A DNA stretch of 64,000 bases from contig CAVYTA010000006.1 in assembly GCA_963771355.1 (NCBI GenBank), positions 1,088,001 to 1,152,000 on the forward strand, read 5' to 3'. The notes beneath the pieces were generated by a model. That model saw nothing but the letters and a program-made list of their open reading frames with translations. It was not told the origin of the DNA and ran no database searches. Shown here piece after piece: positions 22,896 to 35,057 of the stretch (position 1 is its first letter; every line of letters begins with the position of its first letter). This DNA is from an uncultured Candidatus Rokubacteria bacterium. GTDB taxonomy: Bacteria; Methylomirabilota; Methylomirabilia; Rokubacteriales; CSP1-6. The position numbers and the translations under genes were made by a program.

Positions 22896-25800
22896 ATGAT
22901 GACGGGACCTGACGTCACCCCCGCGGGCTTGCCGCCCGCCCAGGGCCTGTACGACCCCGTCCACGAGCACGATGCCTGCGGCGTCGGCTTCGTGGTCGAC
23001 ATCAAGGGCCGGCGCTCGCACGCCATCGTGAGCCAGGCCCTGGAGGTGCTCAAGAACCTCCTCCATCGAGGCGCCTGCGGCTGCGAGGTCAATACCGGGG
23101 ACGGCGCCGGCATCATCATCCAGATGCCGCATACGTTCCTGCTGCGCGAGTGCGGGAGCCTGGGCATCCCGCTTCCCCGCCCCGGCCACTACGGCGCGGG
23201 GCTGGTCTTCCTCCCGCGGGATGCCGCCCAGGCCGCCGCGTGCGAGCGCATCCTCGAGGACATGATCCGGGAAGAGGGGCAAACCGTGCTGGGGTGGCGG
23301 GATGTCCCCACGGACTCCTCCGCGGTGGGGCCGAGCGCGCGGGCGGTGGAGCCCCGGTTTCGCCAGATCTTCGTGGGCCGGGCGGAGGGAGTGCCTGACC
23401 GGGCCGCGTTCGAGCGCAAGCTCTTCGTCATCCGCAAGCGCACGGAGCACGCGGTGGGACGCAGCGGGCTCGCGGAGCGGAAGTTCTTCTACGTCCCGAG
23501 CCTCTCGGCCAATACCCTCATCTACAAGGGCATGCTCTCGGCGGACCAGATCGAGGGGATGTTCCCGGACGTGACGGACCCCCTGGTGGATTCCGCGCTG
23601 GCGCTCGTGCACCAGCGCTTCTCGACCAACACCTTCCCGTCGTGGCCCCTCGCCCACCCGTACCGGATGATCGCCCACAACGGCGAGATCAACACGCTGC
23701 GCGGGAACATCAACTGGATGCACGCGCGCGAGGCGATCTGCCGGTCCTCCGTGCTGGGGGAGGATCTCAAGAAGATCATGCCGGTGGTGGTGGAGGGCGG
23801 CAGCGACTCCGCCGTCTTCGACAACGTGCTCGAGTTCCTCGTGATGGCCGGGCGGCCGTTGCCGCTGGCGGTGCTCATGATGATCCCGGAGGCCTGGGCC
23901 GGCCACGAGGGCATGAGCGAGGAGCGCAAGGCCTTCTACGAGTACCACGGCTGCCTCATGGAGCCCTGGGACGGACCCGCCTCCATCGCCTTCACCGACG
24001 GCACCGTGATCGGCGCCGTGCTCGATCGCAACGGGCTCCGTCCCTCGCGCTACTACGTCACCAAGGACGACATGGTCATCATGGCCTCCGAGGTGGGCGT
24101 GCTCGACATTCCCGCCGAGCGCGTGCTCCTCAAGGAGCGGCTGCATCCGGGCCGCATCTTCCTGGTCGACACCGCGCAGGGCCGGATCATCGACGACGCG
24201 GAGCTCAAGAAAGCCTACGCCTCCCAGCATCCGTACGGCGAGTGGCTCAAGACCCATATCCGGCCCATCGAGACCCTGCCCGTGCCGCCCTATGTGCCGG
24301 AGCCCAATCACGAGACGGTGCTCCAGCGCCAGCAGGCCTTCGGCTATACCCACGAGGACCTCCGCCTCCTCCTGGGCCCCATGGCCACCGCCGGTGAGGA
24401 GCCGGTGGGCTCCATGGGCACCGACACCTCACTGGCCGTGCTCTCCAACCGGCCGCGGCTCCTGTACGACTACTTCAAGCAGCTCTTCGCCCAGGTGACG
24501 AATCCGCCCCTGGACGGCATCCGCGAAGAGCTGGTGACGCAGATCGCGACCACCATCGGGCCCGAGGGCAACCTGCTGGAGCCGACCCCCGAGGCCGCGC
24601 GGCAGCTCAAGCTGCGGACGCCCATCCTCAACAACGAGGAGGTCGCGCGCATCCGTCACGCCGACCTCCCCGGCTACCGGTCGACCACCATCCAGATGGT
24701 CTACCCCGTGGCCGAGGGCGGTGCCGGCCTCGCGCGGGCCCTGGAGGCGGTGTGCGCGCAGGCAAGCCAGGCGGTGCGCGACGGCTCGACGTACCTGATC
24801 CTGTCCGACCGCGGGGTGAACGAGAAGCTGGCGCCCATTCCCTCGCTGCTCGCCACCGCGGGCATGCACCATCACCTCATTCGCGAGGGCAGCCGCGTGA
24901 AGGTGGGCCTGGTCATCGAGTCCGGCGACGCGCGGGAAGTGCATCACGCCGCGCTGCTGCTCGGGTACGGTGCGGGCGCCATCAACCCGTACCTGGCCTT
25001 CGAGACCCTGGACGACATGATCGGCCAGGGCCTGCTCCCGGGGCTGGACCAGGCCACCGCGGAGAAGCACTACATCAAGGCGCTCAACAAGGGCGTGCTC
25101 AAGGTGATCTCCAAGATGGGGATCTCCACCATCCAGTCCTATCGGGGCGCCCAGATCTTCGAGGCGATCGGGCTGGACAAGGCCTTCGTGGACCGCTACT
25201 TCACGTGGACCGCCTCGCGGATCGGGGGCGTGGGCATCGACGTCATCGCCGAGGAGACGGCGGCGCGCCACGCCCGGGCCTTCCCCGACCGGCCGGTGGG
25301 GGACGCCGAGCTCGAGTGGGGCGGCGAGTATCAGTGGCGGCGCGAGGGGGAGTATCACCTCTTCAACCCGGACACCGTGTTCAAGCTCCAGCACGCCACC
25401 CGCAGCGGCCAGTACCGGATCTTCAAGGACTACTCGCGCGCGGTGGACGAGCAGACCCGCAACCTCGCGACCTTGAGGGGACTCTTCACCCTCAAGCCGG
25501 CGGAGCGGGCCATCCCCATCGAGGAGGTCGAGCCGGTGGAGGCGATCCTCACCCGCTTCGCCACCGGCGCGATGTCCTACGGATCCATCGGTCTCGAGGC
25601 CCACGAGACGCTCGCCATCGCCATGAACCGCATGGGCGGCAAGTCCAATACCGGCGAGGGCGGAGAGGATTCTGCCCGCTACACGCGCGACGCCAATGGC
25701 GACTCGCGCCGGAGCGCCATCAAGCAGGTGGCCTCCGGACGCTTCGGCGTCACCAGCGAGTACCTGGTGAATGCCGACGACCTCCAGATCAAGATGGCCC

Positions 25801-27479
25801 AGGGGGCCAAGCCCGGCGAGGGCGGTCAGCTCCCCGGCCACAAGGTGTATCCGTGGATCGCCAAGGTGCGCTACTCCACCCCGGGGGTGGGACTGATCTC
25901 CCCGCCGCCGCACCATGACATCTACTCCATCGAGGACCTGGCGCAGCTCATCCACGACCTCAAGAACGCCAACCCGAAAGCGCGCATCAGCGTGAAGCTG
26001 GTGGCGGAGGTGGGCGTGGGCACGGTGGCGGCGGGCGTGGCCAAGGCGCATTCCGACGTGGTCCTCATCTCCGGCCACGACGGCGGCACCGGCGCCTCTC
26101 CCCTCACCTCCATCAAGCACGGGGGGGTGCCGTGGGAGCTCGGGCTCGCGGAGACCCAGCAGGTGCTCGTCCTCAACAAGCTTCGCGATCGCATCATCGT
26201 GCAGGCGGACGGCCAGCTGAAGACCGGCCGGGACGTGGTGATCGCGGCGCTGCTGGGCGCGGAGGAGTACGGCTTCTCCACCGCTCCCCTGGTGGTGATG
26301 GGCTGCATCATGATGCGGGTGTGCCACCTCAACACCTGCCCGGTGGGCATCGCCACCCAGGATCCGCAGCTCCGCGCCAAGTTCGCGGGCCGGCCCGAGT
26401 TCGTCGAGAACTTCTTCCGCTACGTGGCGGAGGAGGTGCGCGAGCTGATGGCCAGTCTTGGGTTCCGCACCATGGCCGAGATGATCGGTCGGTCCGACCG
26501 GCTCGATGTCCGGGACGCGGTGGAGCACTGGAAGGCGCGCGGGCTGGATCTCGCGCCCCTCCTCCACCGGCCGGCGGTGGGGCCCGAGGTCGCCATCCGC
26601 AAGGTCGTGGAGCAGGACCATGGGCTCGAGAAGTCCCTCGACATGACCACCCTGGTGCCGCTCTGCCGGGCCGCGCTCGAGCGTCGCGAGCCGGTGGACA
26701 TCCGCCTGCCCATCCGGAACGTGAACCGGACGGTGGGCACCATCCTCGGCTACGAGGTCACCTCGCGCCACGGCGCCGACGGCCTGCCCGACGACACGAT
26801 CCGTCTCCATTTCACGGGATCGGCGGGCCAGAGCTTCGGAGCCTTCGTGCCCCGCGGCATCACCCTCACCCTCGAAGGGGACGCCAACGACTATCTGGGC
26901 AAGGGGCTGTCCGGCGGCAAGATCGTCGCCTTCCCTCCGCGGGAGTCGACCTTCGTGCCGGAGGAGAACATCCTCGTGGGCAATGTGGTGCTCTACGGCG
27001 CCACCGGCGGTGAGGCCTACTTCCGCGGGGTCGCGGGCGAGCGCTTCGCAGTCCGGAACAGCGGCGCCGCCACCGTGGTGGAGGGCGTGGGCGACCACGG
27101 GTGCGAGTACATGACGGGCGGACGGGTGGTGGTGATCGGCGGCACCGGGCGAAACTTCGCCGCCGGCATGTCGGGCGGGATCGCCTACGTGCTCGACGAG
27201 GGGGGCGACTTCAAGCGCCGCTGCAACCTGGGCATGGTGGATCTCGAGCCCCTGGTGGACGTGGAGGACGTGGAGCAGGTCAAGGACCTCCTCGCCCGCC
27301 ACATCCGCTATACCCAGAGCGCGGTGGCCGCGCGATTGCTGGTGCACTGGGAGCGGACCCGCGAGCGCTTCGTCAAGGTCATGCCGCGCGACTACAAGCG
27401 GGTGCTGGCCGCCATCAAGAAGGCCCAGGAGACGGGCATGTCGGTGGACGAGGCCGTGATGGCGAGCGCCCACAACTAG
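22896..27479 (+). CDS. gltB: Glutamate synthase large subunit
   Basis: HDACGVG (Ntn Cys), [50 protein letters not shown]-terminal domain. Confidence 0.98.
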   Translation: MMTGPDVTPAGLPPAQGLYDPVHEHDACGVGFVVDIKGRRSHAIVSQALEVLKNLLHRGACGCEVNTGDGAGIIIQMPHTFLLRECGSLGIPLPRPGHYGAGLVFLPRDAAQAAACERILEDMIREEGQTVLGWRDVPTDSSAVGPSARAVEPRFRQIFVGRAEGVPDRAAFERKLFVIRKRTEHAVGRSGLAERKFFYVPSLSANTLIYKGMLSADQIEGMFPDVTDPLVDSALALVHQRFSTNTFPSWPLAHPYRMIAHNGEINTLRGNINWMHAREAICRSSVLGEDLKKIMPVVVEGGSDSAVFDNVLEFLVMAGRPLPLAVLMMIPEAWAGHEGMSEERKAFYEYHGCLMEPWDGPASIAFTDGTVIGAVLDRNGLRPSRYYVTKDDMVIMASEVGVLDIPAERVLLKERLHPGRIFLVDTAQGRIIDDAELKKAYASQHPYGEWLKTHIRPIETLPVPPYVPEPNHETVLQRQQAFGYTHEDLRLLLGPMATAGEEPVGSMGTDTSLAVLSNRPRLLYDYFKQLFAQVTNPPLDGIREELVTQIATTIGPEGNLLEPTPEAARQLKLRTPILNNEEVARIRHADLPGYRSTTIQMVYPVAEGGAGLARALEAVCAQASQAVRDGSTYLILSDRGVNEKLAPIPSLLATAGMHHHLIREGSRVKVGLVIESGDAREVHHAALLLGYGAGAINPYLAFETLDDMIGQGLLPGLDQATAEKHYIKALNKGVLKVISKMGISTIQSYRGAQIFEAIGLDKAFVDRYFTWTASRIGGVGIDVIAEETAARHARAFPDRPVGDAELEWGGEYQWRREGEYHLFNPDTVFKLQHATRSGQYRIFKDYSRAVDEQTRNLATLRGLFTLKPAERAIPIEEVEPVEAILTRFATGAMSYGSIGLEAHETLAIAMNRMGGKSNTGEGGEDSARYTRDANGDSRRSAIKQVASGRFGVTSEYLVNADDLQIKMAQGAKPGEGGQLPGHKVYPWIAKVRYSTPGVGLISPPPHHDIYSIEDLAQLIHDLKNANPKARISVKLVAEVGVGTVAAGVAKAHSDVVLISGHDGGTGASPLTSIKHGGVPWELGLAETQQVLVLNKLRDRIIVQADGQLKTGRDVVIAALLGAEEYGFSTAPLVVMGCIMMRVCHLNTCPVGIATQDPQLRAKFAGRPEFVENFFRYVAEEVRELMASLGFRTMAEMIGRSDRLDVRDAVEHWKARGLDLAPLLHRPAVGPEVAIRKVVEQDHGLEKSLDMTTLVPLCRAALERREPVDIRLPIRNVNRTVGTILGYEVTSRHGADGLPDDTIRLHFTGSAGQSFGAFVPRGITLTLEGDANDYLGKGLSGGKIVAFPPRESTFVPEENILVGNVVLYGATGGEAYFRGVAGERFAVRNSGAATVVEGVGDHGCEYMTGGRVVVIGGTGRNFAAGMSGGIAYVLDEGGDFKRRCNLGMVDLEPLVDVEDVEQVKDLLARHIRYTQSAVAARLLVHWERTRERFVKVMPRDYKRVLAAIKKAQETGMSVDEAVMASAHN

Positions 27480-27486
27480 GGCCGGC

Positions 27487-28935
27487 ATGGGCAAGGTCTC
27501 CGGCTTCCTCGAGTTCAAGCGCGACAAGCAGCCGTATCGCCCGGTGGAGGAGCGGCTGCGGGACTGGCGGCAGGTGATGCTGCCCTGGCCCACCGACAAG
27601 CTCCGCAAGCAGGGTGCGCGGTGCATGGACTGCGGCATCCCCTTCTGCCATCAGGGCTGTCCGCTCGGCAACCTCATCCCCGACTGGAACGACCTCGTCT
27701 ACCGGGACAAGTGGCGCGAGGCCGTGGACCGGCTCCATGCCACCAACAACTTCCCGGAGTTCACCGGCACGCTGTGCCCCGCCCCGTGCGAAGGCTCCTG
27801 CGTGCTGGGAATCAACGACGACGCCGTCACCATCAAGGCCATCGAGCTCGCCATCATCGACCATGCCTTCGAGGCGGGCTGGGTCCGACCTCAGCCCCCC
27901 AAGATACGCACCGGGAAAACCGTCGCGGTGATCGGCTCCGGGCCCGCCGGGCTCGCCGGCGCCCAGCAGCTCACTCGCGCCGGGCACGACGTCACCGTCT
28001 ACGAGCGCGCGGACCGCGTGGGCGGGCTCCTCCGCTACGGCATCCCGGAGTTCAAGATGGAGAAGCGCGTGCTCGAGCGGCGTCTGCGCCAGATGGAGAC
28101 GGAGGGCACCACCTTCGTGACCGGCGCCCACGTGGGCGCGGGCGTGGATCCGGGCGCGCTACGGGCGAAGTTCGACACGGTGCTCCTGGCCGGCGGCGCC
28201 TGCGCCCCGCGGGACCTGCCCATCCCCGGCCGCGAGCTCAGCGGCGTGGTTTACGCAATGGACTATCTCACGCTGCAGAACCGCCGCAACGAGGGCGACC
28301 GGATTCCCGACGCGGCCTTCGTCAGCGCGGAAGGCAAGCGGGTGGTCATCATCGGCGGCGGCGATACCGGCGCGGACTGCCTGGGCACTGTGCACCGGCA
28401 GCGCGCGGCCTCGGTGCATCAGTTCGAGATCCTGCCCCGCCCGCCGGACGAGCGGGCTGCGAGCAATCCCTGGCCTCTGTGGCCGAACATCTACCGGGTC
28501 TCCTCCGCCCATGCCGAGGGCGGGGAGCGCGTGTACGCGGTGTCGACGAAGCGCTTCATCGGCGGCGCCGACGGCCGCGTGACCGGACTCCAGGCCATCG
28601 AGGTGGAGATGAGCACCGAGGGCGGCCGGCCCGGCTTCCGCGAGAAGCCCGGCACCGAGTTCACGCTGCCCTGCGAGCTCGTCCTCCTGGCCATGGGCTT
28701 CGTGGGCCCGGAGCGCCCGGGGCTGCTGGAGACCCTGGGCGTGCGCCTCACCGACCGGGGCAATGTCTGGCGGGACGCGGACTGGATGACCAGCGTGCCC
28801 GGCGTCTTCACCGCGGGTGACATGCAGCGGGGCCAGTCGCTGATCGTGTGGGCGATCGCGGAGGGCCGGAGCGCCGCGCGGGGTATGGACCGCTACCTGA
28901 TGAAGGGCTCCGACCTGCCGGCTCCCCTCCAGTAG
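27487..28935 (+). CDS. gltD: Glutamate synthase small subunit
   Basis: [39 protein letters not shown]. Confidence 0.97.
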   Translation: MGKVSGFLEFKRDKQPYRPVEERLRDWRQVMLPWPTDKLRKQGARCMDCGIPFCHQGCPLGNLIPDWNDLVYRDKWREAVDRLHATNNFPEFTGTLCPAPCEGSCVLGINDDAVTIKAIELAIIDHAFEAGWVRPQPPKIRTGKTVAVIGSGPAGLAGAQQLTRAGHDVTVYERADRVGGLLRYGIPEFKMEKRVLERRLRQMETEGTTFVTGAHVGAGVDPGALRAKFDTVLLAGGACAPRDLPIPGRELSGVVYAMDYLTLQNRRNEGDRIPDAAFVSAEGKRVVIIGGGDTGADCLGTVHRQRAASVHQFEILPRPPDERAASNPWPLWPNIYRVSSAHAEGGERVYAVSTKRFIGGADGRVTGLQAIEVEMSTEGGRPGFREKPGTEFTLPCELVLLAMGFVGPERPGLLETLGVRLTDRGNVWRDADWMTSVPGVFTAGDMQRGQSLIVWAIAEGRSAARGMDRYLMKGSDLPAPLQ

Positions 28936-28969
28936 CCCGTCCGCCCCGCCCCGGAGTAGAATCGCCCGC

Positions 28970-29686
28970 ATGAAGGCTCTGACCCTCGCATCCGCGCTCG
29001 TTCTCGGTCTCCTGCTGAGCCCCTCGCCCGCCGCCGCGCAGCTCGATCGGCTCCTGCAGGGCCTGGGCCTGGGAGGGCTCTCCGACGCCAAGATCGGGTC
29101 CGGCCTCAAGGAGGCGCTCCGGGTCGGGACCGAGACCACCGTCAGCCTCACCGGCAAGACCGACGGCTACTTCGCCAATCAGGCGATCAAGATCCTCATG
29201 CCCTCCCAGCTCCAGACCGCCGAGAAGGGTTTGCGGCTGGTCGGGTACGGTCCCCAGCTGGACGAGTTCGTGCTCTCCATGAACCGCGCCGCGGAGGCCG
29301 CGGCCCCGGGGGCGAAGAAGATCTTCGGGGACGCCATCGGCGAGATGAGCATCGAGGACGCGCGGAAGATCTGGAGCGGGGGCGACAATGCCGCCACCCA
29401 GTATTTCCAGAGCAAGACCAGCGACCGGCTCACCGCCGCCTTCCGGCCGGTGGTGGACCAGGCCATGAATCAGGTCGGGGTCACGCGCCAGTACAAGGAG
29501 CTGCTGGGGCGCGCGCAGTCCATCCCCTTCCTCAAGACGGATTCACTGGACATCGACCGCTATGTGCTCGGCAAGAGCCTCGACGGGCTCTTCGTGGTGC
29601 TGGGGGAGCAGGAAAAGCAGATTCGTACCAACCCCGCCGCGCGCACCACCGACCTCCTCAAGGAAGTCTTCAGCGCCAGCAAATAG
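28970..29686 (+). CDS. DUF4197 family exported protein
   Basis: Signal peptide; [32 protein letters not shown]. Confidence 0.88.
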   Translation: MKALTLASALVLGLLLSPSPAAAQLDRLLQGLGLGGLSDAKIGSGLKEALRVGTETTVSLTGKTDGYFANQAIKILMPSQLQTAEKGLRLVGYGPQLDEFVLSMNRAAEAAAPGAKKIFGDAIGEMSIEDARKIWSGGDNAATQYFQSKTSDRLTAAFRPVVDQAMNQVGVTRQYKELLGRAQSIPFLKTDSLDIDRYVLGKSLDGLFVVLGEQEKQIRTNPAARTTDLLKEVFSASK

Positions 29687-29709
29687 CAGGGGTAACCCCG
29701 TGTAGGTTA

Positions 29710-29777
29710 CCGGCCTCGCTACGCTCGGCAACCCATTTTCGTATTGCTCGCCTCGCCTTCGGCTGCGGCTCGCCCGG
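29710..29777 (-). repeat. REP-like element of the same family as 3950-4111
   Basis: Reverse complement reads GGCGAGCCGCAGCCGAAGGCGAGGCGAGC...GAGCGTAGCGAGGCCGG. Confidence 0.75.
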
Positions 29778-30824
29778 CTAGCCACCTCTGGTGTGCATCT
29801 CCAGATGGGGGTCCCGCTTCAATTCCCCGATCTGGATGAGCGGCGAGCGGCCATCGGCCATGGCGAGCCGCTCCTCGGCGCCGCGGTCCCGGCGCGCCGT
29901 CCAGCCCGGCAGGATCAGGTCCCGGAGGGCGTCCCGTGACGCGCCCGCGCGGAGCGCCTTCCGCAGATCGGTGCCCTGGGTGGCGTAGAGGCAGAGGTAC
30001 CACATCCCGTCGGCGGTGAGGCGGCTCCGGTCGCAGTCCTGGCAGAAGGGCGCCGTGGTGGAGGCGATGATTCCGAACACATAGCCGTCGGGGAGCCGGT
30101 AGCGATCGGCGGGCGCGGAGCCCCCCTCGTTCAGGGGCTCGATGGCGCCGTAACGCCGGCTCAGCGTCTCCAGCATCTCGGCGCGCGAAACCACCCGCTC
30201 GCGGGTCCAGCGGGTGGCGCCGCCCACGTCCATGTACTCGATGAAGCGGATCTCGGCGGGCACCCCGCGCGCGTACTCGATCAGGTCCACCAGCTCGTCC
30301 TCGTTGGTGCCGCGCATGACCACGGTATCGAGCTTGGGCGCGGGGAAGCCCGCGCGGCCCACCGACGCGATCCCCTCGAGCACCTGCGGGAGCGCCTCCC
30401 GGCGGGTCAGCGCCTTGAAGCGGTCCGGTCGCAGCGTGTCGAGGCTCACCGTGACGCGATGGAGGCCGGCCCCGCGGAGCGCGGAGGCCCGCTCGGCGAG
30501 GAGGATGCCGTTGGTGGTGATGGCGAGGTCGCGGAGCCGCGGATGGGCGGCGAGGAGCCTCACCAGGCGCTCCAGCCCGTTGCGCAGCAGCGGCTCGCCT
30601 CCGGTCAGGCGCACCTTGTCCACCCCGAGATCGGTGAAGACGTCCACCAGGGCCGCCGCCTCCTCGAAGGTGAGGATGTCCTCGCGGGGGAGCCACACGT
30701 ACTCCTCCTCGGGCATGCAGTAGGAGCAGCGGAGGTTGCAGCGGTCGGTGACCGACAGCCGGAGATTCCGCAGCGGACGGCCGAGCGTGTCGCGCACGGG
30801 GATCACCGGCCCGGCCCCGCTCAC
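29778..30824 (-). CDS. moaA: GTP 3',8-cyclase MoaA
   Basis: [40 protein letters not shown]-terminal GG. Confidence 0.96.
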   Translation of the reverse strand: MSGAGPVIPVRDTLGRPLRNLRLSVTDRCNLRCSYCMPEEEYVWLPREDILTFEEAAALVDVFTDLGVDKVRLTGGEPLLRNGLERLVRLLAAHPRLRDLAITTNGILLAERASALRGAGLHRVTVSLDTLRPDRFKALTRREALPQVLEGIASVGRAGFPAPKLDTVVMRGTNEDELVDLIEYARGVPAEIRFIEYMDVGGATRWTRERVVSRAEMLETLSRRYGAIEPLNEGGSAPADRYRLPDGYVFGIIASTTAPFCQDCDRSRLTADGMWYLCLYATQGTDLRKALRAGASRDALRDLILPGWTARRDRGAEERLAMADGRSPLIQIGELKRDPHLEMHTRGG

Positions 30825-31126
30825 GGCAGCTCCACGAAGATGCCGTCGTGCTCGACGGTCACCGGAAAGCGGGGTACCCGCACCGCGGGATTGTTGGCAT
30901 GCGCGCCGGTGGTCACGTCCCAGCGCCAGGCGTGCCAGGGACAGGACACCAGCCGACCCTCGAGATCGCCCTCGCCCAGCGGACCGCCCCGGTGCGGGCA
31001 GACATTGTCCAGACAGTGGAAGGCCCCTTCCACGTTGAAGAGCGCCAGCGCGCGCCCGTCCGCCTCCACCACGCGGCCTTCGCCCGCCGGCACCTCGCCC
31101 ACCGCCGCCACGCGCACCCGCGCCAT
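30821..31126 (-). CDS. Rieske [2Fe-2S] ferredoxin (NirD-like)
   Basis: CPHRGGPL...CPWHAWRW; about 100 aa. Confidence 0.9.
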   Translation of the reverse strand: MARVRVAAVGEVPAGEGRVVEADGRALALFNVEGAFHCLDNVCPHRGGPLGEGDLEGRLVSCPWHAWRWDVTTGAHANNPAVRVPRFPVTVEHDGIFVELP

Positions 31127-31128
31127 GA

Positions 31129-32847
31129 CTACCCCGCCACCGGCGCCGCCAACTGCTCGGCCGCGGCGCGCATCCATTCCTTGGTGAGCCCCGCCTTCTT
31201 CACGCCCACGTCGAAGTGGTCCCAGGGCAGCACCTCGTCGAGCGCCCGCGCCCGGCGCGTGTAGAAGGCGGGATCGCCCTCCCACTCGCGGAGCGCGCGG
31301 CGCCAGTCGCCCCCATGCGCGGCGGCCAGCTCCACGAAGTCCGCCACGCGGCGGTCGCCGCGGGCGAGCAGGGCCTGGAGCCCCGCCTCGCGCGGATTCT
31401 CGTGCAGCACGCGGATGGTCGAGAGCCGGCGCGCCGCCCGCTTGATCGTGTCGAGCTTGTCTTCCAGCCCCCGCTGCTCGTCGAAGGGCGCCCACTGGAA
31501 CGGCGTCCAGGGCTTGGGCACGAAGGAGGAGATCGACAGCGTCAGCTTGCCGAAGGGATGGCCATCGGGACCCGGCACCTGCAGCCGCTCCAGGAGCCGC
31601 GCGGCCAGCTCGGGGATAGCCTCGATGTCCGCCGGCGTCTCGGTGGGCAGTCCGATCATGAAGTAGCACTTGAGATTGGGGATGCCGTAGCGCCGCACGA
31701 GATCGCAGGCGGCCAGGAGCTGCGCGTCGGTGATGGGCTTGCGCACCGCGCGCCGCAGCCGCTCCGTCCCCGCCTCCGGCGCCATGGTGAGCGTGCGGTG
31801 GCCGCCCCGCGCGAGCGAGGCCACGAGATCCTCGGTGAGGCTGTCCGCGCGCAGGGAGGAGATGGACACCTCCACGCCCTCCTCCTCGAGCATCTTCATC
31901 AGCTCGCCGATCCACGGATAGTCCGACACGCAGGCGCCCACCAGCCCCACCCGCTTGGACTCCTTCGCGATCTGCACCACGGACGCGCGGAGCGCCTCCA
32001 GGCTGCGGTGACGCACCGGCCGGTACACCTGACCCTCGAGACAGAAGCGGCAGCCACGCCCGCACCCCTTGCCGACCTCGAGCAGCTGCATGTGGCCGTA
32101 CTCCGCCTTCGGGCTCTTGACGGTGGAGACGGTTTCCCAGCGGTCCACCTCGCGCAGGCGCCGCTTGGTCACCACGGTGGGCAGGCCGATCTCGAGAGGG
32201 GCAACGCCCGAGATGGTCCCGTCCGCGGCGTAGCTGACCTCGTAGGCGGCGGGAACGTAGAGGCCGGCGAGGGAGCGCGCGGCCCCGAGGAAGCGCTCGC
32301 GCCCACCCTCGGCCCCGGGCGCGAAGGCGGCGCGGTGGGCGGCGATCAGCTCCCCCACCAGCTCCTCGCCCTCACCCACCGCGATGAGGTCCATGAAGGG
32401 CGCCACCGGCTCGGGATTCGAGAAGGCGCACACGCCGCCCATGAGGATCACGGGGTGTCCGGGCCCGCGGTCGACGGCCCGCGGCGGAATGCCCGCCAGC
32501 CGCAGCATCCGTACCAGGTTGATGTAGTCACCCTCGTACGTCACCGAGAATCCGATCAGGTCGAAGTCGGCGAGGGGCCGGAGCGACTCCAGCGAGAAGG
32601 GCGCGGTCTCCGTACGGAGTTGCTCGTCGAGATCCTCCGGATCCGGAAAGAAGACGCGCTCGCAGACGACGTCGGGAATCGCGTTGAGGTGGCTGTAGAT
32701 GGCCTGGAAGCCCAGGTTGGACATGCCCACCGCGTACGTATTGGGGTACACGAGGGCCACCGAGGTCCGGCCTCCCCAATCCTTGCGGATTGCTCCCTCC
32801 TCGCCGGCAAGGAGCTGCTGCGCTTTTCGCTTCAAGGTCCAGGACAT
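31129..32847 (-). CDS. Radical SAM protein (TIGR03960-like, B12-binding-type N-terminus)
   Basis: [48 protein letters not shown]. Confidence 0.9.
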   Translation of the reverse strand: MSWTLKRKAQQLLAGEEGAIRKDWGGRTSVALVYPNTYAVGMSNLGFQAIYSHLNAIPDVVCERVFFPDPEDLDEQLRTETAPFSLESLRPLADFDLIGFSVTYEGDYINLVRMLRLAGIPPRAVDRGPGHPVILMGGVCAFSNPEPVAPFMDLIAVGEGEELVGELIAAHRAAFAPGAEGGRERFLGAARSLAGLYVPAAYEVSYAADGTISGVAPLEIGLPTVVTKRRLREVDRWETVSTVKSPKAEYGHMQLLEVGKGCGRGCRFCLEGQVYRPVRHRSLEALRASVVQIAKESKRVGLVGACVSDYPWIGELMKMLEEEGVEVSISSLRADSLTEDLVASLARGGHRTLTMAPEAGTERLRRAVRKPITDAQLLAACDLVRRYGIPNLKCYFMIGLPTETPADIEAIPELAARLLERLQVPGPDGHPFGKLTLSISSFVPKPWTPFQWAPFDEQRGLEDKLDTIKRAARRLSTIRVLHENPREAGLQALLARGDRRVADFVELAAAHGGDWRRALREWEGDPAFYTRRARALDEVLPWDHFDVGVKKAGLTKEWMRAAAEQLAAPVAG

Positions 32848-32863
32848 GGACTTAGAGTATCAC

Positions 32864-33160
32864 CTAGCCCTTCACGACACCGATGGGCCGCAGCCGGGCG
32901 ACCTTCTTCGAGATCCCGAAGCCCTCCACCACGCCCACCACGTCTTGCACGTCCTTGTAGGCCTCGGGCATTTCCTCCTCGAGGGCATGCCGACCGGTGG
33001 CGCCGTTGGCCACCTGCTCCAGGGAGGCATCGCGACGGATCTCCGCCATCAGGCGATCGTTGGAGTGGCTGAGACCGGGGACGCGCATGCCGGGGCGTGC
33101 GTCGGACGGGATGCGCCAGAGATACGGGGAGAGACGTTCGAGCGGAAGCAGCTTCGGATC
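32864..33160 (-). pseudogene. rtcB: rtcB remnant with a large in-frame internal deletion
   Basis: LERLSPYLWRIP...GMRVPG...LEQVAN (RtcB N-terminus) joins directly to ATGRHALEEEMPEAYKDV..VV...VARLRPIGVVKG (RtcB C-terminus); no start codon upstream of the N-terminal piece. Confidence 0.82.
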
Positions 33161-33196
33161 TGACGGAGACTGCGACGGGGTCGGCGGGCGCCCGGC

Positions 33197-33634
33197 TCAG
33201 ACCCCCATGATCTGGATATCGATCGTGCGCGGCCGCGGCCCGTCCAGCTCCGCGAGGAGGATGGACTGGAACCGGCCCAGCGCGAGCTCGCCGCCGGTGA
33301 TCCCCACCGCCACGCTCCGCCCCAGCAGCGCCGCGCGGAGATGCGAGGTGGCGTTGCCCCGCTCGCAGTCGGAGTAGCGGGGATCGTCGTGGCGGTAGCC
33401 CGGGGTCTCGGGTACGAGCCGGTCGACCATCGCCTTGAGGTCCTCGACGAGCGCGCCCTGGAACTCGTTGACGAAGAGCGCGCAGGTGGTGTGCAGCGAG
33501 TTCACGAGCATGATGCCTTCCGTGATGTCGGCACCGAGCATGATGTCGCGGATCTGCTTGGTGATGTCGAGGACCTCGGTCCTCTTGTCACTCAACATCG
33601 TCAACGTCTTCCGCACCATCTTGAGCGTCTGCAC
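33197..33634 (-). CDS. yjbQ: YjbQ/UPF0047 family protein
   Basis: HTTCALFVNE, YRHD, NATSHL, LGRFQSILLAELDGPRPR; GGAGG RBS. Confidence 0.9.
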   Translation of the reverse strand: MQTLKMVRKTLTMLSDKRTEVLDITKQIRDIMLGADITEGIMLVNSLHTTCALFVNEFQGALVEDLKAMVDRLVPETPGYRHDDPRYSDCERGNATSHLRAALLGRSVAVGITGGELALGRFQSILLAELDGPRPRTIDIQIMGV

Positions 33635-33679
33635 CGTCGCCTACCTCCGTGGTCCCGTCATAGGTTTCACCGCGCCCTC

Positions 33680-33769
33680 TGGTGCCGAGGGAGGGAATCG
33701 AACCCCCACGGCCCTGGCTGGGCCCGTGCCTTTTAAGGGCACCGCGTCTCCCAGTTCCGCCACCCCGGC
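33680..33769 (-). tRNA. tRNA-Leu(TAA)
   Basis: Acceptor GCCGGGG/CCTCGGC-ACCA, anticodon arm GTGCC-CTTAAAA-GGCAC, long variable arm, GGTTCGATTCC. Confidence 0.93.
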
Positions 33770-33793
33770 CTGTCCCGCCAACCGCGTCACGAC

Positions 33794-33869
33794 TGGAGGC
33801 GGCGAGCGGATTCGAACCGCTGAATAGAGGTTTTGCAGACCTCCGCCTTAGCCACTTGGCTACGCCGCC
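33794..33869 (-). tRNA. tRNA-Cys(GCA)
   Basis: GGCGGCG...GAGGT-CTGCAAA-ACCTC...GGTTCGAATCC...CCA. Confidence 0.96.
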
Positions 33870-33917
33870 CTGCAAACTCAAAGGGACCCTGAATCTCGGT
33901 CCCCCTACACTATCTCA

Positions 33918-33992
33918 TGGAGCGGGAAACGGGATTCGAACCCGCGACCCCAACCTTGGCAAGGTTGTGCTCTACCACTGAGCTATTCCCGC
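33918..33992 (-). tRNA. tRNA-Gly(GCC)
   Basis: GCGGGAATAGCTCAGTGGTAGAGC...CAACC-TTGCCAA-GGTTG...GGTTCGAATCCC...CCA. Confidence 0.97.
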
Positions 33993-34018
33993 GCTCAGGC
34001 TTCACAAAGACCTTTCGG

Positions 34019-34047
34019 ACTGTAACAAACGCCTTCAATGGTGTCAA
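34019..34047 (-). promoter_or_regulatory. Near-consensus sigma70 promoter of the tRNA operon
   Basis: TTGACA-N17-TACAGT with TGn; the -35 box overlaps the galT stop codon. Confidence 0.8.
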
Positions 34048-35057
34048 CTTACGGGCGCCCCGGGCACTTCCCCGCGGAGATAGCGCACGGCGTCCTCGGG
34101 GGGGGTCGGGTTGATGAAGAAACCCGTGCCCCACTCGAACCCGGCCACCCGGGTAAGCTTGGGGATGATCTCCAGATGCCAGTGGAAGTGGTCGAGTCCG
34201 GGCGTCCGGAGTGGCGCGGAATGGAGCATGAAGTTATAGGGCGGGTCCCCCAGCACCTTGCCCATGCGCCGCAGGATCTCCCCCAGGAGCCGCGCGAGAG
34301 CCAGGAGATCGGCCGGGTCGGTGTCCTCGAAGCTCGAGCGGTGCATCGAGGGCAGGATCCAGGTTTCGAAGGGAAAGCGCGGGGCGAAGGGGGCCAGGGC
34401 CACGAATCCGTCCGACTCGAGAATGATGCGCCCGTCGCCACGGCGCTCCTGCCGGATGATGTCGCACCAGATGCACCGCTTCTTGATCCGGTAGTGGCGC
34501 TCCGCGCCTTCCAGCTCCTCCTCCACCATGATGGGGACGATGGGGGTGGCGATGAGCTGCGAGTGCGAGTGCTCCAGCGAGGCGCCCGCGGCGTCCCCGT
34601 GGTTCTTGAATACCATGACGTACTGGATGCGCGGGTCCTTCCGGAGGTCCAGGATGCGCTCGCGATAGGCTCCGAGGACGTCGGCCAGACGCTCCGGGGG
34701 GAGCGTGGCGAGGCTCGCCGCGTGATCGGGGGTCTCGATGATGACCTCGTGGGCCCCCACCCCGGTGGTGCGATCGTAGAGCCCCTCTCCGGAGGGCTCG
34801 AGCTCGCCTTCGATACGGAGCGCGGGAAACTTGTTCGGCACCACCCGTAGCGTCCACCCGGGGGTGTTGGGCGCACTGTCAACGGGGCGGACCGCGAAGA
34901 GCTCCGCGGGGGTGCGCGACTCCTCGCCGGCACAGAAGGGGCAAAGGACCTTCGACTTGACCACCGGCGCGGGCACGAAGTCGGAGGGCCGCCGCGCACG
35001 TTCCGTCGAGATGATGACCCAGCGCCCCACCACCGGGTCCTTGCGGAGCTCAGGCAC
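34044..35057 (-). CDS. galT: GalT-family nucleotidyltransferase (HSH type)
   Basis: ELRKDP, RARRP, CPFC, VVPNKFPAL, FKNHG..AGASLEHSHSQ, HWHLEI. Confidence 0.9.
   Translation of the reverse strand: MPELRKDPVVGRWVIISTERARRPSDFVPAPVVKSKVLCPFCAGEESRTPAELFAVRPVDSAPNTPGWTLRVVPNKFPALRIEGELEPSGEGLYDRTTGVGAHEVIIETPDHAASLATLPPERLADVLGAYRERILDLRKDPRIQYVMVFKNHGDAAGASLEHSHSQLIATPIVPIMVEEELEGAERHYRIKKRCIWCDIIRQERRGDGRIILESDGFVALAPFAPRFPFETWILPSMHRSSFEDTDPADLLALARLLGEILRRMGKVLGDPPYNFMLHSAPLRTPGLDHFHWHLEIIPKLTRVAGFEWGTGFFINPTPPEDAVRYLRGEVPGAPVS

Noticed and set aside
24429..27638. Very long antisense ORFs (also 107-1666, 16082-18910, 37386-40643, 44916-48359, 55360-58326)
   Set aside because: Shadows of well-conserved genes on the opposite strand; stop codons are scarce at this GC content and no motifs are recognisable.
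32860..33680. Genomic island integrated at tRNA-Leu
   Set aside because: No integrase, no duplicated tRNA 3' end downstream and no compositional shift.
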